From positions 98,386-162,385 of the forward strand of contig CAWGGP010000011.1 of the NCBI GenBank assembly GCA_963822075.1: a stretch of 64,000 nt of DNA, written 5' to 3'. The stretch comes from Candidatus Aminicenantes bacterium (GTDB lineage: Bacteria > Acidobacteriota > Aminicenantia > UBA2199). Below are positions 45,356 through 54,638 of this stretch, in pieces. Below the pieces are notes generated by a model. That model did not search any database. It saw nothing but the letters and a program-made list of their open reading frames with translations, and had not been told where the DNA came from. Each line of letters opens with the position of its first letter. The first letter of the stretch is position 1. Made by a program: the position numbers and the translations under genes.

Positions 45356-45424
45356 CTTTTCCCGCTGGCGCCTGGCGAGGTCGGGTTTGCGGCGTTGGCG
45401 ACATCTTTCGCTCTCCGCTCCGGC

Positions 45425-46388
45425 TCAGGGTCTTCCGGCGAAAACCGCTTCCAGCAGGGCCTTGGCGGCGCGCCCCTGCCCCATGGTGAAGACGTGGATG
45501 CCCGGGACGCCGAAGGCGATGAGCTGCTCGGTCAGGCGGGCGAGATAGCGGATGCCGCTGGCGAACGCCTGTTCGCGGGTGCGGGCCTCCTCGATGAGCC
45601 CGACGAGCTCGGCCGGGATGTTGACGTGGAACGAACTGGGGATGGTTGAGGATCTGCGTTTTGCTGACCAGGGGCTTGATCCCGGGGATGATGGGCACGG
45701 CGATGCCCATGGCGCGGGCCTGCTCCACGAAGTTCTTGTACAGCTTGAAATCGAAGAACATCTGGGTGATGATGTATTCCGCCCCCATCTCCACCTTTTT
45801 TTTCAGGTTGGCCAGGTCCTTCTCCAGGTTGGGCGACTCGAAGTGCTTCTCCGGGTAGCCGGCGACGCCGATGCAGAAATGGGTCGGGAAAGGGTCCTCC
45901 AGCTCATCGAGGTACTGGCCGCGGTTCAGCTGGGCGATCTGCTCGACCAGCTGGCTGGCGTATTGGTGGCCGTCCTTCTCCGGGATGTAGCGCGCCTGCC
46001 CCGGAGGGGGATCGCCGCGCAGGGCCAGGATGTTCTCGATGCCCAGGAAATGGAGGTCGATGAGGGTGTCTTCCGTCTCGTAGCGGTTGAAACTGCCGCA
46101 GATCAGGTGCGGCACCGGCTCCACCCGGAAGCGGTTCTTGATGGCGCTGCAGATGCCCACGGTGCCGGGTTTCTTGCGCCGCGGCCGGCGGGTGATGACG
46201 CCATCCTTTTCCTCGTAGACCATGTGGGGCTGGTGGTAGGTGACGTTGATGAACTGGGGCTCGAAGGGCATCAGGGTCTCGATCCCGGCCAGGATGTCGT
46301 CCACGCTTTTGCCGCGGTCGGGTGGCGTGATTTCCAGCGAGAACAGCAGCTTGCGGTTCTGTTTCAACCAGTCGATCACCTTGGCCAT
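45425..46388 (-). CDS. metF: Methylenetetrahydrofolate reductase, with one frameshift (~45648)
   Basis: FSLEITPP..NVTYH..HLICG..ILALRGDPP..ITQMFFD, then (after the frame change) TIPSSFHVNIPAELV..GIHVFTMGQG. The TGA stop is at 45427-45425. Confidence 0.85.
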
Positions 46389-46464
46389 GGCATCCCCTTG
46401 ATTTTAATTCCTGCAATAATAACATAAACAGAGCCCGACTTAAAGCCGAGATCCGTGTTGGTGT

Positions 46465-46625
46465 CAGCGAAGCACCAAAATTCAAGCACCAAATTCCAAA
46501 TAAATCCCAAGCTCCAAATTCCAATCTCCAAAACGAAGACCCTTCCTATGCTTTTTCTTCGTTTGGGTCATTTGGACTTTGGATATTGGTGCTTGTTTGT
46601 GATTTGGTGCTTGGTGCTTGTAATT
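46465..46625. repeat. Long imperfect palindrome (~160 bp) built from 7-nt-phased CCAA / TTGG units
   Basis: The left arm has CCAA at 46475, 46489, 46496, 46507, 46514, 46521 and 46528. The right arm has TTGG at 46563, 46572, 46579, 46586, 46604 and 46611. An 11-bp perfect inverted repeat, CAAGCACCAAA (46484-46494) / TTTGGTGCTTG (46603-46613), flanks them. The centre is ACGAAGA-N16-TCTTCGT. Confidence 0.7.
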
Positions 46626-46651
46626 TTATTTTTCCGAGCTTCGTCTGCCGT

Positions 46652-47707
46652 TCAGGGCAGGGAGAACAGGACCAGGGTCTCCAACTGCGGCGTGCCGGCG
46701 AACATGTCCAGGGGGACGACGCGCCTGACCAGGTAGCCGGAGCGCCGCCAGAGGCCGATCGCCCCGGGCATCTCTTCGCTGGCGCAAAAAAGGTGCAGGA
46801 CGCGGCCGGGACGGCGGCGGGCGATGGAGCGGATAACGGCGGCATCCGTGCCGTGGCGCGGCGGGTCGAGGATCACGTCCTCCGCGCCCGGGGAGAGCGG
46901 CGGCGGCAGCGCCGCCGACAGGCTGTCGCGGGCGATGGTCCGCAGCTTGAAGTTGACCCGCGCCTGGCCGGGCGCGGGGGTCAGCATGGAGCTCCCGGCG
47001 CGGATCGCCGCCGGCGCGGCGTCGACGGCGACGATCTCGCGGTAGCGCGGGCGCAGGCTGAACGTGAACAGCCCGTAGCCGCAGTACAGGTCGAGCAGGC
47101 GCTGGCGGCCCTCCCCCGCCAGCAATTGGCGGACGTTTCCCAGCAGCAAAGGGAGCAGCGACTCGTTGACCTGGGAAAAAGTCACCGGCGGCACGGCGAA
47201 GGTGAGGTCGCCCAGGCGCAGGCGGAAGCGCTCGGGGCCGAAGAGCTTCTTGATGGGGAACGGGCCGCGCGGCCGGTCGGTCTCCAGGTAATACGGCGAG
47301 CGGCTGGGGTCCAGGTAGAGGAACGCCGAGACGACGTTCGCCTCCAGGCCGCGCAGGACCGCCACCAGCTTGAGCAGCAGGCGGTTCACCTCGCGGTCCA
47401 TGCCATGGAGGTTGAAGATGACCTGGAATTCCTCGTAGGTGCCGCGGATGATGACGAAGTTGAGCGAGCGGGCCAGCGCCGCGAATTCGGGCAGGCGGAG
47501 CGGCTCCTCCAGCGCGGCGAAAATTACGGCGTGTTCACGGGGTTCGAGAAGGGGGGCGTCGCCGCTACCCGCGTCGAGCACGCGCCGCTTGCTGGTCGTG
47601 CGGTAGTGGCGCGGCCGCGGCGAGCCGACGATCGCCTGCGGCCGGCCGGGCAGCTCGTGATGCTGCCAGAAATCGGCCAGGGCGTCGTTTTTCAACTGCA
47701 TCTCCAC
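46652..47707 (-). CDS. Class I SAM-dependent RNA (m5U-type, TrmA/RlmD-like) methyltransferase. The N-terminus may extend to ~47860 through a frame change.
   Basis: Motif I LLDLYCGYGLFTFSL, motif IV VILDPPRHG, and PVTFSQVN upstream. Sensible peptide (PDAPGSLAAFIRAQ..LKLPFAGAAVLAGLEYGV) continues in frame upstream of the listed Met without a start codon. Confidence 0.65.
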   Translation of the reverse strand: MEMQLKNDALADFWQHHELPGRPQAIVGSPRPRHYRTTSKRRVLDAGSGDAPLLEPREHAVIFAALEEPLRLPEFAALARSLNFVIIRGTYEEFQVIFNLHGMDREVNRLLLKLVAVLRGLEANVVSAFLYLDPSRSPYYLETDRPRGPFPIKKLFGPERFRLRLGDLTFAVPPVTFSQVNESLLPLLLGNVRQLLAGEGRQRLLDLYCGYGLFTFSLRPRYREIVAVDAAPAAIRAGSSMLTPAPGQARVNFKLRTIARDSLSAALPPPLSPGAEDVILDPPRHGTDAAVIRSIARRRPGRVLHLFCASEEMPGAIGLWRRSGYLVRRVVPLDMFAGTPQLETLVLFSLP

Positions 47708-47888
47708 GCCGTATTCCAGGCCGGCCAGGACCGCCGCGCCGGCGAAGGGGAGCTTCAGACCGCGGCGGGAAGCCTGCGCGCGGATGAACGCCGCCAGCGA
47801 CCCGGGCGCGTCCGGGAGAGGCGCAGCCTTTCGCCGCCCGCGTTCCGTATCGCTTCCCGGTAAAGCTCACGTTTGCGGGTCCCGCGGA

Positions 47889-48362
47889 TCAGGTGCGCAG
47901 GGTGGCGGTCAGGCGCAGCGGCTGCAGCAGCAGGCGCAGCGCGGAAACGATGTCGCCGCAGACGACGTCGGCGGCCAGGAGGCTCGCGGTCGCCGCCCCC
48001 TCCTCCTGGATGGTCAGGATGCCCAGCCGCGACTTTTCCAGCATGGCGCGGTCGTTGCGGCCGTTGCCGATGCACGCCGTCGCCTCCGCCCCGAGCTCCT
48101 CCACGTAGCGGGCCTTTTGCGCGGTCTGGTCGGCGCCGTGCAGGATGGTAAGGACACAGGGGATGTCCCGGACCTCGTTTTCCACCCCGGCGAACGTCCC
48201 CGCCGTGACGATGTGCACCTGCACCCGCTGGGACAGTTCCCGCAGCAGCTCGGCGACCCCGGGCTTGAGCTTGCCGTCCACCGCCAGCGTGCCGTTGAAA
48301 TCCAGCACCAGGTGGCGGATCTCCAGCGTCTCTTCCCCGCCGGGAACGCGAACGGTGATCAC
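47889..48362 (-). CDS. Small HAD-superfamily hydrolase (soluble P-type-ATPase-like)
   Basis: LVLDFNGTLA (DxxxT-type motif I) ..IVTAGT..GNGRNDRAML. Confidence 0.7.
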   Translation of the reverse strand: MITVRVPGGEETLEIRHLVLDFNGTLAVDGKLKPGVAELLRELSQRVQVHIVTAGTFAGVENEVRDIPCVLTILHGADQTAQKARYVEELGAEATACIGNGRNDRAMLEKSRLGILTIQEEGAATASLLAADVVCGDIVSALRLLLQPLRLTATLRT

Positions 48363-49009
48363 GGCTTGTGTCCTCCCCGCTTCTCGCCCAGCGGGTGGGC
48401 GGCAGCGGTTTTTTCAAGTTCAAGGAATATTTCGCGGCAGACCCAGGCGTCGGTGGCCGCGTAGACGACCTGCGCCGGCGCCAGCGCGGCCCGCTCCCAG
48501 TTCGAGCACTGCGCCCCCTTGGAAACGCGGAAACCCAGCAGCTGGGCGGCGATGGTGCGCACCCCGTTGGCCCTGATGCCCGCCCGGGTGGCCATCTTGC
48601 CCAGCTCGACGAACCCGGCGGGAAGGAAGCGCATGACCTCGTGGAGCTTGTCGATGTCCCCCTGCACCGCCACCCCGGCCTTGATCACCCGCGCGTCGGC
48701 GAAAAGCTCGCCCAGCGGCTGCAGGGCTTTTATTTTTTTCATTTGCACCAGGTAGACCCTGTTCTTGCCCGCCAGCTGCACCAGCGCCGGGGGAAAATGG
48801 TCGCCGCTCTTGAAGGTCGGCCGCACCTCGATGTCGAAGCCCAGGACCTTTTCCGCGTGCAGCCCGGGCATGACGGCCCGCAGGCGATCGTCGTCCCCGA
48901 TCACCTCCACTGCGCCCTCGTACTTTCTCAACGGCAGCAGGTTGATGTCGGCTTTGCTCAAGATGGGCGCGGGTGCCGCCGCCGCGCCGGTTTTTGGCTG
49001 GTTTTCCAT
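48359..49009 (-). CDS. 3'-5' exonuclease domain protein (RNase D/WRN-exo, DEDDy type)
   Basis: VLGFDIEV (ExoI), VIKAGVAVQGDIDKL (ExoII), QVVYAATDAWV (ExoIII). Confidence 0.8.
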   Translation of the reverse strand: MENQPKTGAAAAPAPILSKADINLLPLRKYEGAVEVIGDDDRLRAVMPGLHAEKVLGFDIEVRPTFKSGDHFPPALVQLAGKNRVYLVQMKKIKALQPLGELFADARVIKAGVAVQGDIDKLHEVMRFLPAGFVELGKMATRAGIRANGVRTIAAQLLGFRVSKGAQCSNWERAALAPAQVVYAATDAWVCREIFLELEKTAAAHPLGEKRGGHKP

Positions 49010-49199
49010 GAGAGGTCATTGTAGCACATTGGCGGAGGCGGCACCAAGAAGAAGATCGCCGGTCCTTGCCGACCCTCCCCGGTTGACATTTCGCCCGTGC
49101 CTTCCTACAATGGCCGCGAGGGCGCGACCGGCCGCCCCGCTGGCATGACCGCGCATCCAGCCGGATCCCGCCGCGGCCGGAATACCCGGGAGGCAAACC

Positions 49200-50417
49200 A
49201 TGAAACCGAGAAAATTTAAACCGGGCCATTTCCTGGTCCCGGTCCTTGTATGCGCTTGTCTTGTCGTCGTCAATTGCCGCACGGCCGGGCAACTGCCCAA
49301 GACCACCCCCTGCCCCGAGGTGCCGGCGGCCGCCCCGACGCCGCCCGCGGCGCCCGCCTGCCTGAACGAGGCGCTGACCTCCTACGATGGGCTGCTGCTG
49401 ATCGTCCCCCACCCCGATGACGAGGTGCTCGGGTTCGCGGGGCTGATGTCGGAATTCATCCGCCTCGGCAAGCCGGTTTCGATCGTGATCGTGACCGACG
49501 GGGACGGCTACTGCGATGCCTGCGCCTTCTGGAAGAACATCGGCCGCAGCGCGACCATGGCGGAGTGGGCGCCTTGCGACGAGGCCGACCTGGCCCGCTT
49601 CGCGGCGGTCCGCCGGGACGAGAGCGCCGCCGCCCAGAAGGCCCTGGGCGGCCCGCCGCCGATCTTCTGGAACTTCCCCGATACCGGCATCAACGCCGCC
49701 TGGGAGGCGATCAGCACCGGTCAGGGGGTGGAGGAGCCGCTGCGGCGGTCCGATTGCACGCTCGAGGGCGTCTTCGGAAAAGGGAGCGCGCTGCCTTCGA
49801 CCCCGCAAACGCTATACGGCCTGCTCGCCGACGCGATCGGCCGCTCCTCGCCCCGGACCCTGGTCGGGACCACCCATCCCCTGGACGGCCACGGCGACCA
49901 CCGCGGGCTCGGCAGCCTGGTCCGCAGGGTGAACGCCGCGCTTGCCGCGGACGACGACCCCTCCACCTCCCCCCGCGGCGTCGCCTTCGCCTTGATCCAC
50001 GCCAATTCCTACCGCGACGGCTGCCATTATGACAATTGGTATCCCGCACCGGCGGCGATCGACTGCCAGTGCCTCGAGCCGGCCAGGATGGCGTGTTACC
50101 TGGCCGACACCTCCCTGCTCGAGCGGATGCGCGATTACCGTTTCCGTCCCGAATGGGCGTGGCGGCTCCCCACCGACGCCCCCTACGTGGCATCCATCCC
50201 GGGCGCCAGGGAGATCGCTTTCTGCCTCCCGCCCCCCTTGTTCAGGGGCGACGCGGCGGGCAAGCTCATGGCCGTGCGCAAATTCGTTTCGCAGCAGGGG
50301 CTGCTGGCCGAAAGCGGGACGATCCCGGCGGGGCTGGCGGGCTTTGTCGATTGCGCCGGCTACCAGCTGGCGTTCATCAAGGCCAACGAAGTGTTCGTCC
50401 TGGAAGCCGGCGAATAG
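49200..50417 (+). CDS. PIG-L/LmbE-family deacetylase, probably a lipoprotein
   Basis: Signal peptide plus Cys (LVPVLVCACLVVVNC) and LLLIVPHPDDEVLGFAGL..VIVTDGDG..HPLDGHGDH. Confidence 0.75.
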   Translation: MKPRKFKPGHFLVPVLVCACLVVVNCRTAGQLPKTTPCPEVPAAAPTPPAAPACLNEALTSYDGLLLIVPHPDDEVLGFAGLMSEFIRLGKPVSIVIVTDGDGYCDACAFWKNIGRSATMAEWAPCDEADLARFAAVRRDESAAAQKALGGPPPIFWNFPDTGINAAWEAISTGQGVEEPLRRSDCTLEGVFGKGSALPSTPQTLYGLLADAIGRSSPRTLVGTTHPLDGHGDHRGLGSLVRRVNAALAADDDPSTSPRGVAFALIHANSYRDGCHYDNWYPAPAAIDCQCLEPARMACYLADTSLLERMRDYRFRPEWAWRLPTDAPYVASIPGAREIAFCLPPPLFRGDAAGKLMAVRKFVSQQGLLAESGTIPAGLAGFVDCAGYQLAFIKANEVFVLEAGE

Positions 50418-50435
50418 CTTTCCCTGCGTACGCCG

Positions 50436-52157
50436 ATGAATAAAAAAGGAGGCCCCATGTCCGTTGCCAGAATTTTCCCTGTCGTTTTCATCCTGCTGCT
50501 GGCCATGGCGCCGGCGGCCGCCGCCGAGCCGGCATCTCTCCATGCCTGGTTCGTCGACCCGCTGGTCAAGGTCTTTCCGGGCGACGCCGCGGGCGCGCAT
50601 CGCCTCGCCGCGCCCGAATTCGCCGCGGCGCGCAACCAGCATCTCAGCATCCAGGTGGCGCTGCGCTCAGCGGCGGCCATGGGGGACATTTTCGCCGAGG
50701 TGACGCCCCTGCAGGGCGGCGGCGGCGCACGCATCGACGGGGGCGCCGCCCGGGCGGTCGGCCTGGTGGTGGTCGGCTCGCATACGAAGAACACTCCCGC
50801 CGAAGAACGGATCGGGGAAGCGCCGGGGTGGTTTCCCGACCCGCTCTGGGACTTCCCCCTGGCGCTGGAGCGGAACCGCACCCGCTCCGTGTGGGCCACG
50901 ATCGCCGTCCCGGCGGACGCCGCGCCCGGGCTCTATCGCGGCGCCATACGTGCTGCGGGCCGGAAAACGCTCGCTGAAACGGCTCGCATTCCGGGTCAGG
51001 GTCTTCGCCGCCCCGGTGCCCGCGCAGGAAACCCTGAAGGTCACCAACTGGGTGAACCTGTCGGACAAGACCTCGCGCCAGTTTTACGGGGTCCCCCAGT
51101 TTTCCGAAGAATGGTGGACGCTGGTCGAGAACGTCGGCAAGGTGATGGCCGACCACCGCCAGAACGTGATCTATACGCCGCTGCGCGACCTCATCCGCGC
51201 CGGCGTCGAGGGCGGGCGCCTGGTTTACGATTTCGCCGATTTCGACCGCTGGGTCGAGACGTTCCGCCGCGCCGGGGTGATCGGCACCATCGAGGGCAGC
51301 CACCTTCTCGACCGCGACGGGAGCTACGACGCCCCGCTCATCGTCCATACGCTGCAGGCGGTCGACGGCGCGGTGGTGAAGGCGGCCCTGCCCCCCGACG
51401 ACCCGCGCGTGGAAGAATTCTTCGCCGGTTTCCTGACCGCCCTCGCTTCCCATCTCGAGCAAAAAGGGTGGAAGCCGATCTATCTGCAGCACATCCTGGA
51501 CGAGCCGCACGGCGGCGAGCCGCCCTACTACGCGCGCTTCGGCGCCGTGGTGCGCCGCTTCCTGCCCGGCGTCACCACCATGGACGCCATGGACGCGGCC
51601 ACCATGTCCGAAGAACTGAAGAAGAACTGCGACGTCTGGGTGCCGCAGCTCGGCCAGTTCGACGGGCAGATGGGGATGATCGCCGAACGGATCAAAAGCG
51701 GCAGCGAGGTCTGGTTCTATACGTGCCTGTTCCCCACCCGGCGCTACATGAACCGCATGATCGACTTTCCGCTCCTCAAGGTGCGCCTGCTGCACTGGCT
51801 CAATTTCCGCTACGGGCTGGCGGGCTACCTGCACTGGGGCTGGAACTATTGGACGCCCGAGCCGGTGAACGACACGCAGCCGGTCATCGACGCCAACACG
51901 GAGTTGCTCCCCGCCGGCGACGCCTTCATCGTCTACCCCGACGCTGCGAGCGCAAGTCGGTCTACAGCTCGATCCGCCTGGAGACCATGCGCGAGGGCAT
52001 CGAGGACTACGAGCTGCTGCAGCTGTTGAAACAAAAGGATCCCGCGGCGGCGCAGCGCCTCGTCCAGGAGGCGGTGGCTTCCTTCACCGATTATGTCCGC
52101 GAGCCGGCGGCGTTCCGCCGCATCCAGCGCCGGTTGCTGGAGGCGCTGGCGAAATAG
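50436..52157 (+). CDS. Secreted DUF4091-type (GH123-like) putative glycoside hydrolase, with two frameshifts (~50947, ~51940)
   Basis: Signal peptide. The three frames join as WFPDPLWDFPL..SVWATIAVPADAAPGLYRGAI / LKVTNWVNL..WWTLVENVGKVMADHRQN..LQHILDEPHG..LHWGWNYW / SIRLETMREGIEDYELLQLL. The family name is from memory. Confidence 0.55.
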   Translation: MNKKGGPMSVARIFPVVFILLLAMAPAAAAEPASLHAWFVDPLVKVFPGDAAGAHRLAAPEFAAARNQHLSIQVALRSAAAMGDIFAEVTPLQGGGGARIDGGAARAVGLVVVGSHTKNTPAEERIGEAPGWFPDPLWDFPLALERNRTRSVWATIAVPADAAPGLYRGAIRAAGRKTLAETARIPGQGLRRPGARAGNPEGHQLGEPVGQDLAPVLRGPPVFRRMVDAGRERRQGDGRPPPERDLYAAARPHPRRRRGRAPGLRFRRFRPLGRDVPPRRGDRHHRGQPPSRPRRELRRPAHRPYAAGGRRRGGEGGPAPRRPARGRILRRFPDRPRFPSRAKRVEADLSAAHPGRAARRRAALLRALRRRGAPLPARRHHHGRHGRGHHVRRTEEELRRLGAAARPVRRADGDDRRTDQKRQRGLVLYVPVPHPALHEPHDRLSAPQGAPAALAQFPLRAGGLPALGLELLDARAGERHAAGHRRQHGVAPRRRRLHRLPRRCERKSVYSSIRLETMREGIEDYELLQLLKQKDPAAAQRLVQEAVASFTDYVREPAAFRRIQRRLLEALAK

Positions 52158-52226
52158 TCGAAAAAAAAGAAAGAAGAAATAACTAAAGGGATAGGTCGGC
52201 GCAATACGATTATCGGCGGGGGAAAA

Positions 52227-52270
52227 CAGGGCTACGGGGAGTCGAACCCCGGTTTAATGACTGAGAATCA
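52227..52270 (-). repeat. attL: displaced copy of the 3' half of tRNA-Glu (44 nt, identical to 57008-57051)
   Basis: CAGGGCTACGGGGAGTCGAACCCCGGTTTAATGACTGAGAATCA is found twice. The sequences diverge immediately after it (GTTGTAG versus CTCGTCC). Confidence 0.85.
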
Positions 52271-52367
52271 GTTGTAGGTATAGCAGAAAAACCTAGATAA
52301 TCAAGCCTGTTCGATGTTTCGGGGGATTTCTCTCTTGTCAGAACGTGTCAAAACGAGACAAATAACC

Positions 52368-52384
52368 ATTGCAATCTCATTGCA
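52368..52384. promoter_or_regulatory. Palindromic operator-like motif ATTGCAAT-CTC-ATTGCA (copy 1)
   Basis: Contains the perfect palindrome ATTGCAAT and an inverted TGCAAT/ATTGCA pair. An almost identical copy lies exactly 100 bp downstream. Confidence 0.4.
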
Positions 52385-52467
52385 CTGAGAACTAAGACAG
52401 CAAAGGGTTACCCCCGAAACTCCCCTACTCCGGGTGTCATCCCGGTTGGTTTAATTCATAGATCCGC

Positions 52468-52484
52468 ATTGCAATTTCATTGCA
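52468..52484. promoter_or_regulatory. Palindromic operator-like motif ATTGCAAT-TTC-ATTGCA (copy 2)
   Basis: 16/17 identical to copy 1. It lies ~50 nt upstream of the first island ORF (RBS AAAGGAGG at 52524). Confidence 0.4.
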
Positions 52485-52534
52485 GTTCTTAGGGAGAGGT
52501 CCGCCCAAAAAGACGACCATCCAAAGGAGGAAAA

Positions 52535-52799
52535 ATAGATCAAAAAATCAAGGATTTAAGCTTACTTCTGATGTTTCTATGCGGCTGGGAAGAGGATAGC
52601 CGACAAGTCCGGGAGAAAAGATCTTCCGTGCCTGGAAAGGTTATCTATTCGAAACGATCAATGCGCTCGCTGACGAAAAGCTCATGGTCCAGTTCGCCAA
52701 TACCAAGTCGGTGACCTGACCGAAGCTGGCAAGCAGAAGGCCAGGCAGCTGAAAGAGCGGATCTTCAGTGAAAAAGGAGGGGCCAGTGGTAAATGGTGA
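52535..52799 (+). pseudogene. Small conserved hypothetical (WKGY-motif family that I recall as DUF6429), frameshifted and lacking a canonical start
   Basis: Frames join as DQKIKDLSLLLMFLCGWEEDS / KIFRAWKGYLFETINALADEKLMVQFANTKSV / LTEAGKQKARQLKERIFSEKG. The start codon position holds ATA. Confidence 0.4.
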
Positions 52800-53700
52800 A
52801 AAGACTATCCTAACCAATTCGTCGATCACGGCGTTTAAATCGTGTCGCCAGAAAGTATTTATTGGCGTTATGAAAGGCAGATCGAGGCCGTGGAGAGGCC
52901 GGAGGCTCTGCTGCTGGGCACGGCTATCCACGGATTCCTGGAGAGCCCACTACCGCCAGATCCCCTACACGCCACCCACCGACCTGACGTCGAAGAGCCA
53001 GGCGATCCTGAAAGGGGTTCGAGAGTATTACCCGATCATGTACCTGGACGACTTCGACCTGTTCGAGCCGGTGGTGGTAGAAAAGGTTATCAATGGGGAG
53101 ATCCTGAACCCTGAGACCGGGAGGCCTGCTAGAGAATACGCATATGGTGGGAAGGTGGATGGGCTGGTAATGCTGAAAAAAGACATGGAGGGCTTCAAGG
53201 TTGGTGATCTACTGCTGATGGAACACAAGACCACAAGCAAAGTCGATGACGGCCTACTTTGACCGCCTGCAGCTGGATACGCAGTTGCTACTGTATACAA
53301 TGTACCTGTCGAGGGAGCTGGAAGCACCGATCGCCGGCTGCCTCTTCAATGTAATTCTGAAGCCGAACATCAGACAGAAGAAAAACGAAAGCGAGGCTGA
53401 ATACTAGCAGCGGCTGCGGCTGGAGTTGGATTGGCCCGAGCAGTACCATCGCCGCTACCTGCGCTTCCCAGAGATGAGGATGCAAGAGATCCAAAAAGAG
53501 TTGTGGTCTGCGAAGAATGTCATCGCGAAGGCCCGGCTGGAAAACGTGTTTACCATGAACTCGGGGGCCTGTTTCGACTATCACCGGCAAGTGCGACTAC
53601 TGGGCCCTGTGCAGCAGCCAAGATCCGGAGATGATCATCCGGGAAAGCGGCCAATTTCAGCACCAGGAGACCCACTGCGAGCTTGTAGCCGCAGAGGTAG
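52786..53700 (+). pseudogene. PD-(D/E)XK (RecB/Cas4-like, phage-type) exonuclease, with several frameshifts and an in-frame TAG at 53405-53407. The 3' end is approximate.
   Basis: Pieces: TILTNSSITAFKSCRQK / YWRYERQIEAVERPEALLLGTAIHGFLE / GKVDGLVMLK..LLLMEHKTTSK (D..ExK) / YFDRLQLDTQLLLYTMYL (QxxxY) / NSGACFDYHR..CDYWALC (C-terminal Cys cluster). Confidence 0.7.
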
Positions 53701-53743
53701 GGGTTCTGGCTGAAGACGGCAGTTGCCCTTCTAGGAGGCAAAC

Positions 53744-54439
53744 ATGCAGGAAAAAAAGAGAACCTTACGTCATCATGCTTTACGGCCAAAGCAAGGTCGG
53801 GCTCAGCTCTATCGCGGCCCAATTCCCGGCGCCATTGTTCATCGACATCAATGACAACCTCGACCGGCTGAACGTCAAGGCGCTGAAGATCAACACCTGG
53901 GAGGAGTTTCTGGACCGGGCGATGGAAATCAGCAAGGGCAAGCACGGACAGCAGACCATCGTCGTGTCGCACGTGGACGGGCTGTGGGACATTGCCCAGG
54001 AATTCGTGGTGGAGGCGTTGAACAAGAAGAACGGGGCTAACGTCAAGGCCCTGGCCGATGCATCCTACTCCATCTGGAAGGAGGCCGTGAGTCTCTTTGA
54101 GGCAAAACTGGCCAAGCTCAGCACCCTTGGGAAACCTGGTCCTGCTGTCCCATGAGATCGTGGAGAACAGGAACTATAACGGCATCGAGAGATCGGTGGT
54201 GCAGGCCAACCTGGAACGCCAAATCGGGGCCAGAGTGGCAAACATGGCCGACGCCATAGGCCGTGTGCTGCTAACAGAGTCAGGGGCACGGTTGGTCACA
54301 TTTCAGCCGGCGCCGCACCAGATCACGGGCTCAAGGCTGGAGGAGTTGCTGCGCAAGCAATATCTGATAGAGACAGGCAGGACAGCCCGAGTTCATCGAC
54401 GAGCTGGAGACCATCCAGCAAGCAAAGAAAATTGCATAA
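53744..54439 (+). pseudogene. AAA_24/Sak4-like phage ATPase, frameshifted (A7 run at 53751-53757, ~54130, ~54380) with a degenerate Walker A
   Basis: AGGAGG-N5-ATG, then YVIMLYGQSKVGLSS (the Walker A Lys is replaced by Leu), FIDINDNLDRL, TIVVSHVD, NLVLLSHE, and C-terminus QPEFIDELETIQQAKKIA. Confidence 0.6.
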
Positions 54440-54473
54440 AAAATAAAACGCTACTCCCGCCGGGAGGTGCGTC

Positions 54474-54554
54474 ATGATCAAATTCCTTAAGGTCATCTGG
54501 TTGGTATTGCCGGTCCTGATCGAAGTCATGGAACGGCAAAACAGAACTGGCTGA
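54474..54554 (+). CDS. 26-aa hydrophobic peptide (MIKFLKVIWLVLPVLIEVMERQNRTG)
   Basis: GGGAGG RBS 6 nt upstream, a single predicted TM helix, and a strong terminator immediately downstream. Too short to be confident. Confidence 0.3.
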   Translation: MIKFLKVIWLVLPVLIEVMERQNRTG

Positions 54555-54565
54555 TCACGCTTCGT

Positions 54566-54603
54566 GGGGGCAGGACCGGTCTCCGGCTTGCCCCTTTTTC
54601 TTT
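54566..54603 (+). terminator. Rho-independent terminator ending the island nuclease-ATPase-peptide unit
   Basis: GGGGCAGG-ACCGGTCTCCGG-CTTGCCCC followed by TTTTTCTTTC. Confidence 0.7.
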
Positions 54604-54638
54604 CTAATTTTATCTCAACCATTTAAGCCCTGACCTAT

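Noticed and set aside
46389-46651. SAM or cobalamin riboswitch in the metF-metH leader.
   Set aside because: I could not find the SAM-I/SAM-II core or a B12 box (GCCACTG-like) on the transcribed strand. Only an Infernal/Rfam scan could settle this.
46455-46736. 93-aa ORF spanning the heptamer palindrome.
   Set aside because: The reading frame is an artefact of the repeat (KLQIPISK.., FGYWCLFVIWCLVLV) and runs antisense into the 3' end of the methyltransferase gene.
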